From a phage, in the sequence record PX880102.1: a stretch of DNA of 64,000 nucleotides. One strand, written 5' to 3'. Of this stretch, positions 1 to 8,425 are shown one piece after another (the stretch's first letter is position 1; the number at the start of each line of letters is the position of its first letter). The notes below the pieces were generated by a model. That model was not told the DNA's origin and did no database searches. It worked only from the letters and a program-made list of their open reading frames with translations. The position numbers and the translations under genes were made by a program.

Positions 1-196
1 TATTTCTGCGCCTGGCGCAGGGTCCGTGAACGGTATCTATAGCGGCGGTGGCGGTGGCGAAGTTGGCTCCGCAGGAGGTAGATGTAATATTCGTGGTCAA
101 GGATATGAATACGATGGCGGAGCTGCTGGTTATGCCGTCATAGGGTCTACACCGACATGGCAAAACGTTGGAGCAATATATGGTCCAAGAGTATAA
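1..196 (+). CDS. 38: 3' end of tail-fibre adhesin gene (gp38-like), partial at window edge
   Basis: Open frame in codon phase starting at nt 2 to TAA at 194-196; translation ...[51 protein letters not shown]; glycine-rich blocks as in T2-type gp38 adhesins; directly upstream of holin t as in T-even phages. Confidence 0.55.
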   Translation, partial: ISAPGAGSVNGIYSGGGGGEVGSAGGRCNIRGQGYEYDGGAAGYAVIGSTPTWQNVGAIYGPRV

Positions 197-198
197 TT

Positions 199-210
199 TG
201 AATAAATATC
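199..210 (+). promoter_or_regulatory. late-promoter-like box (AATAAATA, 7 of 8 match to T4 late consensus TATAAATA) upstream of t
   Basis: gaATAAATAtcc 18 nt upstream of the t ATG, followed by AAGGAGG Shine-Dalgarno. Confidence 0.35.
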
Positions 211-226
211 CTTAAAAGGAGGGTCT

Positions 227-883
227 ATGGCAGCACCTAGAATATCATTTTCGCCCTCTGATATTCTGTTGGGTGTTCTAGATCGCTTGTTCAAAGATAA
301 CGCTACCGGGAAAGTTCTTGCTTCCCGGGTAGCTGTCGTAATTCTTTTATTTATGATGGCGATTGTTTGGTATAGGGGAGATAGTTTCTTTGAGTACTAT
401 AAGCAATCAAAGTATGAAACATACAGTGAAATTATTGAAAAGGAAAGAAATGCACGCTTTGAATCTGTCGCCCTGGAACAACTCCAGATAGTTCATATAT
501 CATCTGAGGCAGACTTTAGTGCGGTGTATTCTTTCCGCCCTAAAAACTTAAACTATTTTGTCGATATTATAGCATACGAAGGAAGATTACCTTCGACAAT
601 AACAGAAAAATCACTTGGAGGATATCCTGTTGATAAAACTATGGATGAATATGCAGTTCATTTAAATGGACGTCATTATTATTCTGACTCAAAATTTGCT
701 TTTTTACCAACTAAAAAGCCTACTCCCGAAATAAACTACATGTACAGTTGTCCATATTTCAATTTGGATAATATCTATGCTGGAACGATAACCATGTACT
801 GGTATAGAAATGATCATATAAGTAATGACCGCCTTGAATCAATATGTGCTCAGGCGGCCAGAATATTAGGAAGGGCTAAATAA
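227..883 (+). CDS. t: holin (lysis-timing protein T), 218 aa
   Basis: Protein MAAPRISFSPSDIL...ARILGRAK is near-identical to my recollection of T4 holin T; single N-terminal TM segment; strong SD AAGGAGG. Confidence 0.95.
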   Translation: MAAPRISFSPSDILLGVLDRLFKDNATGKVLASRVAVVILLFMMAIVWYRGDSFFEYYKQSKYETYSEIIEKERNARFESVALEQLQIVHISSEADFSAVYSFRPKNLNYFVDIIAYEGRLPSTITEKSLGGYPVDKTMDEYAVHLNGRHYYSDSKFAFLPTKKPTPEINYMYSCPYFNLDNIYAGTITMYWYRNDHISNDRLESICAQAARILGRAK

Positions 884-1156
884 TTATTTGTTCGTATACA
901 TCTCTAGATATCGATATACACCCTCAAAACCCTCGTTGAATTCGTCGATGAGGGTTTTCTTATCTTCTTGAGTTAATTCAGAAACAATTTTACGGAATGA
1001 ATTCTGATTTAATTTTCTACCTTCATGCGTTACTCCAATCTCATTCAGAAATGCAATAAAATTAGCACGATTCTCAACAATATCTTCTCTGGAAAATTTA
1101 ATCAAAATAGACGCAACAGTAATAATTTCACGAACTGTATCAATATTTTTATTCAT
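884..1156 (-). CDS. asiA: anti-sigma70 factor AsiA, 90 aa
   Basis: MNKNIDTVREIITVASILIKFSREDIVENRANFIAFLNE... matches T4 AsiA. Confidence 0.93.
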   Translation of the reverse strand: MNKNIDTVREIITVASILIKFSREDIVENRANFIAFLNEIGVTHEGRKLNQNSFRKIVSELTQEDKKTLIDEFNEGFEGVYRYLEMYTNK

Positions 1157-1168
1157 TAACTATACCAC

Positions 1169-1321
1169 TCAATTAGTTGACTTTACTATAATATCATCAG
1201 ACGTTTGATTTGTAAACTGGTCTGTGGTATTTTCTTCAAAAATTTTTTCTACGAATTCCTTGAACGACTTACGTTCCTGAGCTGCATTATGCTCGATTAC
1301 TTTTTCAAGATTATGACTCAT
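1169..1321 (-). CDS. small hypothetical ORF (50 aa) between arn and asiA; contains the asiA early promoter
   Basis: ATG overlaps arn stop (ATGA); not in ORF track (<60 aa); coding status uncertain. Confidence 0.3.
   Translation of the reverse strand: MSHNLEKVIEHNAAQERKSFKEFVEKIFEENTTDQFTNQTSDDIIVKSTN
1186..1235 (-). promoter_or_regulatory. T4-type early promoter upstream of asiA
   Basis: minus-strand GTTTAC (plus 1212-1217), about 17-18 bp spacer, TATTAT-like -10. Confidence 0.45.
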
Positions 1322-1596
1322 TCGAAATAATCTTCAATTTCATAATCATGGACATAAATCATTATAGTTTTTAATACATCATCAATACTTTTTCCTGGAG
1401 CTGGAATTACGTAAAAATATCCCGCCTTTGAATTATCTTTATAAGTTCCAACCAAGAAATCATTATTCTCGAGATGTAGTTCTTCAACTAATTCATTAAC
1501 AATTGAGTGGTATAAATTTGGTAGTAACTTGTATAGCTTTTCTAGAATATCAATTTTGATTGTGTATTGAACCACAGACTGAGAATCAATAATCAT
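1318..1596 (-). CDS. arn: anti-restriction nuclease Arn, 92 aa
   Basis: MIIDSQSVVQYT.KIDILEKLYK.LPNLYHSIVNELVEELHLENNDF... matches T4 Arn. Confidence 0.9.
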   Translation of the reverse strand: MIIDSQSVVQYTIKIDILEKLYKLLPNLYHSIVNELVEELHLENNDFLVGTYKDNSKAGYFYVIPAPGKSIDDVLKTIMIYVHDYEIEDYFE

Positions 1597-1679
1597 AGAC
1601 CTTCCCCTTATGTTTCTGTTTGCGATTAGATTCTTTAAACGCTTTCTTCTTATCTTTATGGACAGAAGCTTTATTAAAA

Positions 1680-1898
1680 TTATGTTTTGCGACTAAATTG
1701 TTCATAGTGCTGAATTACCTCTCTCAAACATTTGCATGTGAATGAAAACTTTTTAGCTACACCACATTCAAATATATGTTCTCTTAAATCACATGTGTCA
1801 GTATATCCCATCTCAACAATAAAATGCCGTATTAGATTTTTATCTTTATCATTGAGAGAATTAAAATAATCGGATTTTGAATTAATTTCCCTGGCCAA
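1680..1898 (-). CDS. hypothetical protein (72 aa), Cys-rich
   Basis: ORF in early operon between arn and motA. Confidence 0.5.
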   Translation of the reverse strand: MAREINSKSDYFNSLNDKDKNLIRHFIVEMGYTDTCDLREHIFECGVAKKFSFTCKCLREVIQHYEQFSRKT

Positions 1899-2178
1899 AT
1901 TGAATCACCTTCAGTTGACGTTTTAGTTCTTTTATCATTTCTTCGTTCATCGCAATATAAAGATCTCGTAAAGCAGGTTTTAACATTCCATTTACTGGAG
2001 AACTAAATGGACATACATAATCTTTTCCTACGAGCTTTTTGGTGAATTCCATATTACAGAACTGAAATGCCGGTTCATTGGCATAAATTCCCCAATTAGT
2101 TGACATCATTTTATTGGCATATTCCAGTGCCTGGATTTGATTCATAATTCCATCAATTTGAAACTTTTTAATATTCAT
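1882..2178 (-). CDS. hypothetical protein (98 aa)
   Basis: ORF in early operon; start overlaps upstream stop. Confidence 0.5.
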   Translation of the reverse strand: MNIKKFQIDGIMNQIQALEYANKMMSTNWGIYANEPAFQFCNMEFTKKLVGKDYVCPFSSPVNGMLKPALRDLYIAMNEEMIKELKRQLKVIQFGQGN

Positions 2179-2639
2179 TAGTAAAGGTCCTCAGAGTAAA
2201 GTTCTTTTTCACTACCACCGCGTTCAATACGTACTTGACCAGCGTAAGTTGCAATAATCATTGCTTCTTCACGTGTCCAATAATTACTATATTGGTCAAT
2301 AAACCCTTGGTCATCATCACAAACTTGTTGAGTAACTAATTGAGGTTTAACTACATCTAAAACTTCTGCCATATCTTTAGAATAATGACGAGCACCCGTA
2401 ATAACAAGAGTTCGTCCATCTTTTAATTTAAAACGATTAGCTGCGCAAACAATTCGTCGTTGATATTTTTGGTTTTCGTCCCAATACGCAGTCTGCCAAC
2501 AGATTTCAGGAACTTCTGCAAGAATATCTTCTTCTGTGCATTTATAACCATGCGCTTTAAATTTTTCAACAAGACTTTCTGGAGTTTCACGAGATAAAGG
2601 CACATTCAGCATTTTTAAACGATTAATAAATGGGTTCAT
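2178..2639 (-). CDS. hypothetical protein (153 aa)
   Basis: ORF in early operon, translationally coupled to neighbours. Confidence 0.55.
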   Translation of the reverse strand: MNPFINRLKMLNVPLSRETPESLVEKFKAHGYKCTEEDILAEVPEICWQTAYWDENQKYQRRIVCAANRFKLKDGRTLVITGARHYSKDMAEVLDVVKPQLVTQQVCDDDQGFIDQYSNYWTREEAMIIATYAGQVRIERGGSEKELYSEDLY

Positions 2640-2965
2640 TTAAACCATCCTTTAATACGCTGCCACAAAGTTTTCTGTTGAGCTTTATTAACACCAATTG
2701 AACGAATAACTGGTTGAGATTCCTGGAATTCTTTATAATCGGCAAGGTAAATTTCGTAAGCTGCATCAGTAAATGAACTTATCGCTGCCATAAAATTATT
2801 GCGAATACCTACTGGAGCATCTTTACTTTCACGAATAATCATGTATTTACCAGTCTTAATCTTTACGATAGTTCCAAGATAAGCTCCGTGGTACCAAATA
2901 TCCCAACCCTCTTGAGTAGGTTCTGCGCAACGACGAAGTTCATTAACAATTTCTAACTTGTTCAT
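2636..2965 (-). CDS. hypothetical protein (109 aa), motA-proximal
   Basis: ORF in early operon; ATGA overlap with the downstream gene. Confidence 0.55.
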   Translation of the reverse strand: MNKLEIVNELRRCAEPTQEGWDIWYHGAYLGTIVKIKTGKYMIIRESKDAPVGIRNNFMAAISSFTDAAYEIYLADYKEFQESQPVIRSIGVNKAQQKTLWQRIKGWFK

Positions 2966-2975
2966 TATTTATTCC

Positions 2976-3611
2976 TCACAGTTCAGATGCTACAGTGATT
3001 ACTGCTTCAATGTTTTCTGCCGAACGTTTAATGTCAAGATACACATTACCGTTTTTAGCGATTTTACATGACATTCCGATGTCAGTAAATTTCTGAATAT
3101 GATGTTCCATCATTTTGTATCCAAAAATTCGCATATTTCCATTGTTGTTAATTTCAAAATTGCGAATTCCGTGAGTGCGTTTTTCTAAAATAGCGAGATA
3201 GTTACTGCGATAAGTTTCAACCTTTTTAAGAACAAATCCATTTTCATCTAAAAGTTTTAACATGAGGTCTTTATCTTCTTCCATATCGGAAGTAATCTCA
3301 CGAGCTTTACGAGTTGCTCGTTTTTTCAGTAGTTCCGGAGCATTTTCCTGTGCGTATAAAGTTGCTGCATTTGAAATAATATCCTGAGCTTCACCTGTAA
3401 TGATTAACCCATCACCAGATTTCTCCACTAGGCCTTTTTTGATCAATACCCCAATATTACTATTAACTACTGCGTTACCTAAATCTGGATGCACCTCACG
3501 AACTTCTGCAGCTGTAATGAAATCTTTCTTAGCAATGGTAATTAAAATCGCAGCAGTTTTTTCATTCAGAACATCGTTAGAAGCTTTGATGATGTAAGTT
3601 ACTTTAGACAT
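2976..3611 (-). CDS. motA: middle-promoter transcription activator MotA, 211 aa
   Basis: MSKVTYIIKASNDVLNEKTAAILITIAKKDFITAAEVREVHPDLGNAVVNSNIG... matches T4 MotA. Confidence 0.95.
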   Translation of the reverse strand: MSKVTYIIKASNDVLNEKTAAILITIAKKDFITAAEVREVHPDLGNAVVNSNIGVLIKKGLVEKSGDGLIITGEAQDIISNAATLYAQENAPELLKKRATRKAREITSDMEEDKDLMLKLLDENGFVLKKVETYRSNYLAILEKRTHGIRNFEINNNGNMRIFGYKMMEHHIQKFTDIGMSCKIAKNGNVYLDIKRSAENIEAVITVASEL

Positions 3612-3649
3612 TTTCTAATCTCCGTAATTCTGTATCAGTAGTTGATAGT

Positions 3650-3700
3650 TGTATAATACCACAGTATGCTTTGGTTGTAAACCGTTTTGTGAAAAAATTT
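3650..3700 (-). promoter_or_regulatory. T4-type early promoter upstream of motA
   Basis: minus-strand aaaattttttcacaaaacgGTTTAC...GTATTATAC; -35 at plus 3677-3682. Confidence 0.6.
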
Positions 3701-3732
3701 TAAAATAAAAAAGGGAGAGCCTCGGCTCTCCC
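3701..3732 (-). terminator. rho-independent terminator downstream of 52/52.1
   Basis: GGGAGAGC-loop-GCTCTCCC hairpin followed on the minus strand by TTTTTTATTTT. Confidence 0.65.
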
Positions 3733-3737
3733 TAAAA

Positions 3738-3887
3738 TTACTGCATGACTGTGATAACTGTCATGATAACACGTTGAATTCCAAACGCAAGAAGACCTCC
3801 TGCTACGGCTGGAACAACACCTAAACCCGCCAGTAAAATGCTACCGGATACTAATGCAGCGCTTGTAATACCTATGAATGGACTCAT
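3738..3887 (-). CDS. small membrane protein (49 aa), 52.1-like
   Basis: MSPFIGITSAALVSGSILLAGLGVVPAVAGGLLAFGIQRVIMTVITVMQ; ATG at 3887 overlaps the 52 terminus; not in ORF track. Confidence 0.5.
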   Translation of the reverse strand: MSPFIGITSAALVSGSILLAGLGVVPAVAGGLLAFGIQRVIMTVITVMQ

Positions 3888-5212
3888 TTGATTTCCTCTA
3901 AATCTTTGGTGTATTCTGTAACTACATCAGTAGTTTTCCAATATTCGTTTTCTTCTTTCTTAGCTTTAGCTTCTTCAGCAAGTTTCTTTGCTTCATCAGA
4001 AGTCATATGAAAAATATTCATACCAACTAGTTTATCAACATAAGAAGAATACATATCAATTTTAGAAAGTTCTTCAGTCAGTTCTTTACGAGTTTTACCC
4101 TGCACGACGATTTCACCTGAAATTACTTTCTTAATGAAATGCGCCTTGGCAAAGGCTAAACGAAAAGCTGATTCAGTTTCTTTGATTTTGTTGTCAATTC
4201 GTTTTTGGACATAAGTTTTACGAACTTCAACAAAGTCTTTAATTAAATCAACTACGTTATCGTAAACTTGTAGTTTTCCTTTCTCATTAATAACCGTAAT
4301 ATTCTGAGAACGACGCTCAATCAACCCGAAGTCTTTCATAATTTTCGCGTGACGTTCTTCTTCGTTATCGCTCAAAGCGTATTCTTTGCGGAATTTAACT
4401 TTAAAGCCAAAACCATGCTCACCACAAGCATCATCCCATGTAATGAAGCCTTTATCTTCAAGTGGGTCTAAGATTTTACTCACATAAGTTTCACGATCAT
4501 ACTTATACGGAATCTCAGTGATATGCATTTGAGTTCGTGAAGTAAACTTATATGTTCCACGAATTTCATATTGCCCATCAATTTCAACGACTTCACCACG
4601 AAATTCTGGGAATTCTACCTTTGGTTTAGTTACTTTCTTTCCTTGAAGAGCTTGCAGTACAGCTTTCTTAACAGAAGAAACGCTATGAGGAAGAATGTAA
4701 GTTGCATAACCAGTTGCAATACCGGAAACGCCATTAAGAAGAACAGTAGGAATAATAGGCAAATAGAAAGCAGGCGGAATGTGTTCTTTATCTTGATGTA
4801 CTGGAGCATATTCAGTATCTTTATATACGTTATAGAAATTTTTACTTACACGAGCAAAAATATAACGACTTGCCGCTGCCTTTTGGACAGTACGAGAACC
4901 AAAGTTTCCTTGACCATCTAACAAAGGAAAGTTATTATTCCAAGTGTTAGCCATCAAAGCCCCCGCATCTTGTGCAGAGTTTTCGCCATGGTGATATCCA
5001 AGGTCAGCTACACCACCTGCAATAGAAGCAAGTTTGTGAAACTTATCTTTATTTCCTCGTGCCAAATCAAGAGCTCGAGCAATAACAAATCGTTGGACTG
5101 GCTTAAATCCGTCAATCATATTTGGGATAGCACGATTTTCAACCGTGTACATAGCATAAGCCAATGCTTCATTATCAATGATACTTTTTAAATCGCGATT
5201 ATTCAGTTGCAT
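3884..5212 (-). CDS. 52: DNA topoisomerase II medium subunit (GyrA-like), 442 aa
   Basis: MQLNNRDLKSIIDNEALAYAMYTVENRAIPNMIDGFKPVQRFV... GyrA/ParC N-terminal motifs with catalytic Tyr region; T4 gp52-like. Confidence 0.95.
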   Translation of the reverse strand: MQLNNRDLKSIIDNEALAYAMYTVENRAIPNMIDGFKPVQRFVIARALDLARGNKDKFHKLASIAGGVADLGYHHGENSAQDAGALMANTWNNNFPLLDGQGNFGSRTVQKAAASRYIFARVSKNFYNVYKDTEYAPVHQDKEHIPPAFYLPIIPTVLLNGVSGIATGYATYILPHSVSSVKKAVLQALQGKKVTKPKVEFPEFRGEVVEIDGQYEIRGTYKFTSRTQMHITEIPYKYDRETYVSKILDPLEDKGFITWDDACGEHGFGFKVKFRKEYALSDNEEERHAKIMKDFGLIERRSQNITVINEKGKLQVYDNVVDLIKDFVEVRKTYVQKRIDNKIKETESAFRLAFAKAHFIKKVISGEIVVQGKTRKELTEELSKIDMYSSYVDKLVGMNIFHMTSDEAKKLAEEAKAKKEENEYWKTTDVVTEYTKDLEEIK

Positions 5213-5216
5213 AAAT

Positions 5217-5357
5217 TTACCATACTAGTGAATGTAGTGCCATAATAACATCAGAAATGAAAAGCACGACTTGAATTAATCCGAACATTACTCCATAATA
5301 TAGTGCTACCAATAAAGTAGCAAGGGCTAATGAATAGCCCAAGATTTTCTTAATCAT
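5217..5357 (-). CDS. small membrane protein (46 aa) at the T4 ac position
   Basis: MIKKILGYSLALATLLVALYYGVMFGLIQVVLFISDVIMALHSLVW; not in ORF track. Confidence 0.45.
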   Translation of the reverse strand: MIKKILGYSLALATLLVALYYGVMFGLIQVVLFISDVIMALHSLVW

Positions 5358-5508
5358 TAGTAGATAACAACACAAATGTTAAATATGCACACATACCCTG
5401 AGCTAAAGCTTGCGAAAACACACTGCTGGCATCAATACAGATAGTTAAAACACATGCTACTATCCAACAAATAAATGAAATAACTCCTAATAATTTTGCG
5501 ATATTCAT
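5350..5508 (-). CDS. small membrane protein (52 aa)
   Basis: MNIAKLLGVISFICWIVACVLTICIDASSVFSQALAQGMCAYLTFVLLSTND; SD GAGGAAAAT before the ATG; not in ORF track. Confidence 0.4.
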   Translation of the reverse strand: MNIAKLLGVISFICWIVACVLTICIDASSVFSQALAQGMCAYLTFVLLSTND

Positions 5509-5515
5509 ATTTTCC

Positions 5516-5596
5516 TCACTGGCGTCCGAAGACGCCTTTGATTTTAAGATTGTTACGATAAAACTGCATCACATGTTCGTTATGGAAATTACTCAT
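5516..5596 (-). CDS. stp: Stp peptide (suppressor of three-prime phosphatase), 26 aa
   Basis: [26 protein letters not shown] is near-identical to remembered T4 Stp; ATG overlaps the ndd stop (TAATG). Confidence 0.8.
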   Translation of the reverse strand: MSNFHNEHVMQFYRNNLKIKGVFGRQ

Positions 5597-6054
5597 TAAT
5601 ATGCCTGTAAAACAAATTTAAAGTTATCAGCCAACATACGGTTCATTTCTTCAAGCGTTTGATACTCAGAATGATGGTTACGAGTAAACGCTAAAGCTAA
5701 CTGTCCTTTTCCAAATCCTGTCGTCAGAGGTTTCATCTTAGAAGCAGGCAGATAAAATACTGTGTATGGAACATTATTATTTGCAATAGTACGCGCAAGT
5801 TGAGACCGGCGTTGACGAATATGACTTAGAACTGCGCTGAATCCTTGCTTAGAACGTTGATTACCTACATAAAATCGTGCAGACACGCATGGATTACTAA
5901 ATGGACGACCATCTAATTTACTCACTAAAAAGTAAAATCCAGGTTTAGATAAAATGTCTTTATGTGGAGTTCCCAAAAACCACTCACCGCCCTTGATTGT
6001 ACCAATAACAGTAGCGCCCGCATTATTCAGATCAGTAACAGTCATATATTTCAT
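5596..6054 (-). CDS. ndd: nucleoid disruption protein Ndd, 151 aa
   Basis: [37 protein letters not shown]... matches T4 Ndd; ORF-track start trimmed to the ATG preceded by SD GAGGAAAT. Confidence 0.9.
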   Translation of the reverse strand: MKYMTVTDLNNAGATVIGTIKGGEWFLGTPHKDILSKPGFYFLVSKLDGRPFSNPCVSARFYVGNQRSKQGFSAVLSHIRQRRSQLARTIANNNVPYTVFYLPASKMKPLTTGFGKGQLALAFTRNHHSEYQTLEEMNRMLADNFKFVLQAY

Positions 6055-6114
6055 ATTAATTTCCTCTAAATTATTTTCTACTCCAAGGCCGCATGAATAC
6101 ACGCGGCCATTAAA

Positions 6115-6330
6115 TTAATCGTCGCAGTCGACGCTCAATTCCCAAAACTCTTCTACGGTATAAGTTTCAGTATCATTTTCAATACAGAAACGTTCATTAC
6201 TGTTATTTGCTAAAGTAGCGTTAACTGTCATTTTCTCGCTGGTGCTCTTAAGAGGTGAAATACGAATTAACTGATCACCGTTATCTAAACAGAAAATTTC
6301 ACCAACTTTTACATCTTTAAAGATTTTCAT
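6115..6330 (-). CDS. hypothetical protein (71 aa)
   Basis: ORF in the ndd-denB interval. Confidence 0.5.
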   Translation of the reverse strand: MKIFKDVKVGEIFCLDNGDQLIRISPLKSTSEKMTVNATLANNSNERFCIENDTETYTVEEFWELSVDCDD

Positions 6331-6445
6331 AATTCACCTCAAGGAGTATAAAATCCGAATGCAGTTGTTGACCATCCCATCCAATATGGGAAATTTGCAC
6401 CAATGTAAAACATAAGAATATAAAACCAACCGCTCAGTAAATTCA

Positions 6446-6664
6446 TCATTTTACACCATTCCAAATTGTTTCAACTACGGATTTTAAACCATTTTGATGA
6501 ATATCCATTCCGACTACCGCCATCAAATAGATTCCAACTACAACTGAACCTAAGGCAAAAATCAGCATGAAAATGAATAAAGCCGGAAAAATATTATCGA
6601 AAAACCATTCAATAAATGTAAAAGCACTGCGTTTACGCTTCATATTTTCCTCACATAAATCCAA
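6446..6664 (-). CDS. small membrane protein (72 aa)
   Basis: two predicted TM segments. Confidence 0.45.
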   Translation of the reverse strand: MDLCEENMKRKRSAFTFIEWFFDNIFPALFIFMLIFALGSVVVGIYLMAVVGMDIHQNGLKSVVETIWNGVK

Positions 6665-6764
6665 AGTAAACGTTTAATACATCAATCATTAAAACGATTG
6701 GGAATATACTCAAAACTATTAGTATTATAACTACATTCCATATAGCTTTAATAATCTTTTTCAT
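6651..6764 (-). CDS. small membrane peptide (37 aa)
   Basis: ORF-track 69-aa ORF trimmed to the ATG after the conserved leader GGAGGAACAGAAAATG; hydrophobic. Confidence 0.35.
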   Translation of the reverse strand: MKKIIKAIWNVVIILIVLSIFPIVLMIDVLNVYFGFM

Positions 6765-6789
6765 TTTCTGTTCCTCCGTAGTTGATAGA

Positions 6790-6845
6790 GTAATAATACC
6801 ACAGAGGAACAGTCTTGTAAACAACTTTTTAAAAATATTCGTAAT
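6790..6845 (-). promoter_or_regulatory. T4-type early promoter cassette
   Basis: minus-strand GTTTAC (plus 6817-6822), TATTAT -10, conserved leader ctccgtagttgatag. Confidence 0.55.
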
Positions 6846-7006
6846 AAATGTGAATACCAATCACTACTGCCGAAACTTGTGCAACCCACCACGCACAAGC
6901 AATAAGTACAGAATTAAAAATTTTCATAATAACCTCATCACAAAAGTAAATGTTAAACAAATTACTGGAATACTAATTAACCAAACAAAACACCACCATA
7001 GTGAAC

Positions 7007-7270
7007 TCATAGCTCAATCTCAGCGATTTTCATTTCATTACTATTAATAGCCGCTTTAAGACTATCTGAAAGAATTACATTCCAATGGTCATTCATATGA
7101 CCACTAACTAAGTGTGTAATTTCTTCAGGAGTTGAAAAATAAGGCGTATCAGACTCCCAATGCGATAGTCCCAAGCGAGTATAAATCATACCTTCATCAT
7201 CGCTAGAATATTCAACTGACACAAACTCATCAGTTATTTTATGTTTAGCATAATAAAATTTAAATTTCAT
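7007..7270 (-). CDS. hypothetical protein (87 aa)
   Basis: ORF-track start trimmed to ATG after leader GGAGGAACAGAAAATG. Confidence 0.5.
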   Translation of the reverse strand: MKFKFYYAKHKITDEFVSVEYSSDDEGMIYTRLGLSHWESDTPYFSTPEEITHLVSGHMNDHWNVILSDSLKAAINSNEMKIAEIEL

Positions 7271-7294
7271 TTTCTGTTCCTCCGTAGTTGATAG

Positions 7295-7350
7295 TTGTAT
7301 AGTACCACGGTCCTTGTGGTATGTAAACCGTTTTGTGAAAATTTTTAAAT
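7295..7350 (-). promoter_or_regulatory. T4-type early promoter cassette
   Basis: minus-strand aaaaattttcacaaaacgGTTTAC ataccacaaggaccgtg GTACTATAC; the spacer contains inverted repeat ACCAC...GTGGT. Confidence 0.6.
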
Positions 7351-7902
7351 GGAAAGATACCATCCGTTGTAGTTGCTTTTTCTTACAACCTTACGAAGGT
7401 CTTCTCTATCACCGATGAACTTCGGAGTGTACTGGATGACACCTGGATGAATTTCTTTAGTGTTGAATATAATTATACAGTCCGCGACTTGATGATTTAG
7501 AATGGGCCCTAGATTTATTCCAGAACCATATGGATACTCTCCGCTGCATCCCGTTGTTACCGAAATCCAACGCGAGTCAGTTTGATGTGTCTTAACTTCT
7601 ACACGGAGCCCACAGTATTTTGGATGTGCTAAAACATCCCATGCATACGTGTACGGATCATCGACATCTTCTTGGCCTTTATTGACATATCCGCTTAGCC
7701 AATCTGCCACCACATACTCGGCATACACTGCGATACGGCATCTTTCGATAACTTCTGCCTTATCCTGATTTGGGTTTTGTTTTAAAGAGTATCTCGCAGT
7801 ATCAGCAATTTTGACCTTCATTTCACTGGTCAAATCACTGTTCGATAGGGTAAATGTCGGAATCTGAAATAGTCTCTGTAACCCCGGATTCGTTTTCTGC
7901 AT
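7345..7902 (-). CDS. denB: endonuclease IV (DenB)-like, 185 aa
   Basis: position between the ndd cluster and rIIB plus length as recalled for T4 DenB; start may be the internal Met (MKVKIADTARY). Confidence 0.7.
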   Translation of the reverse strand: MQKTNPGLQRLFQIPTFTLSNSDLTSEMKVKIADTARYSLKQNPNQDKAEVIERCRIAVYAEYVVADWLSGYVNKGQEDVDDPYTYAWDVLAHPKYCGLRVEVKTHQTDSRWISVTTGCSGEYPYGSGINLGPILNHQVADCIIIFNTKEIHPGVIQYTPKFIGDREDLRKVVRKSNYNGWYLSI

Positions 7903-8164
7903 TTAGACTTTCCTTTTTACCGCTGAGATAAGCGTTATATACTTTAAGAGTACCATAATAAATTCGGTCATTTTCATCTAAAGACTCGAGGTCAAGTTCA
8001 TCGAGCTCCTTTTTATCCATGACTATAACATCATTACAGTAAAGAAACCCAAGTTTTTCGTGACCAAACTCAAATTTATTACAGTACACAATATTAGCGT
8101 GATGATTTCCGTGCAGTTTAATCTCTTTTATGTCGGAATCGCCGATATTCATACAATAAATCAT
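7835..8164 (-). CDS. hypothetical protein (109 aa)
   Basis: ORF overlapping the denB 5' end. Confidence 0.45.
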   Translation of the reverse strand: MIYCMNIGDSDIKEIKLHGNHHANIVYCNKFEFGHEKLGFLYCNDVIVMDKKELDELDLESLDENDRIYYGTLKVYNAYLSGKKESLNAENESGVTETISDSDIYPIEQ

Positions 8165-8174
8165 AATTTTTCCT

Positions 8175-8198
8175 TAAAACAAAAGGGCCGAAGCCCTT
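8175..8198 (-). terminator. GGGCCGAAGCCC hairpin terminator (UUCG loop in mRNA)
   Basis: hairpin at 8185-8196 followed on the minus strand by TTTTGTTTT. Confidence 0.6.
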
Positions 8199-8202
8199 TA
8201 TT

Positions 8203-8397
8203 TTACTTGAATTGTGCAATTCTTTTCTCTAGACATTCAGCATAAGATTTCATTGAGATGAACTGTGAAAGCAGCAGTTCTTGCTCAACTGTACTAACCG
8301 TTAGAAACTTCGTGCTTTCTAAAAATTTGCTCAGTGCATTAATTTTGAGCATTAATTGATCGTATTCTTCTTTTACTCGTGCTTGATAACCTAACAT
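8203..8397 (-). CDS. hypothetical protein (64 aa)
   Basis: ORF between rIIB and denB region, bracketed by hairpins. Confidence 0.5.
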   Translation of the reverse strand: MLGYQARVKEEYDQLMLKINALSKFLESTKFLTVSTVEQELLLSQFISMKSYAECLEKRIAQFK

Positions 8398-8413
8398 AAT
8401 TTTCCTTAGTTAA

Positions 8414-8425
8414 GGGCCGAAGCCC
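8414..8425 (-). other. GGGCCGAAGCCC hairpin immediately after the rIIB stop (RNA-stability element or weak terminator)
   Basis: identical 12-nt hairpin; no strong U tract on the minus strand. Confidence 0.4.

Noticed and set aside
2423-2605. 60-aa minus-strand ORF inside the 2178-2639 gene
   Set aside because: Alternative frame entirely within a longer ORF that has proper coupling to its neighbours.
4571-4921. Plus-strand ORFs nested inside large minus-strand genes (this one inside gene 52; others include 9808-10002, 12608-12847, 13215-13397, 35426-35770, 35957-36244, 51167-51382, 61284-61625)
   Set aside because: They lie antisense within well-supported conserved genes, lack Shine-Dalgarno sequences, and their products are low-complexity; treated as shadow ORFs.
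5596-6102. N-terminal extensions in the ORF track (MYSCGLGV... before Ndd; MPLIFVPY... before gp56; STTEEQKMK and MENKMK prefixes on several small genes; MKM before gp55; MNEEIM before gp44)
   Set aside because: The track starts at upstream TTG or GTG codons and reads through promoter and leader sequence; the first ATG with a Shine-Dalgarno matches the lengths I recall for the T4 homologues.
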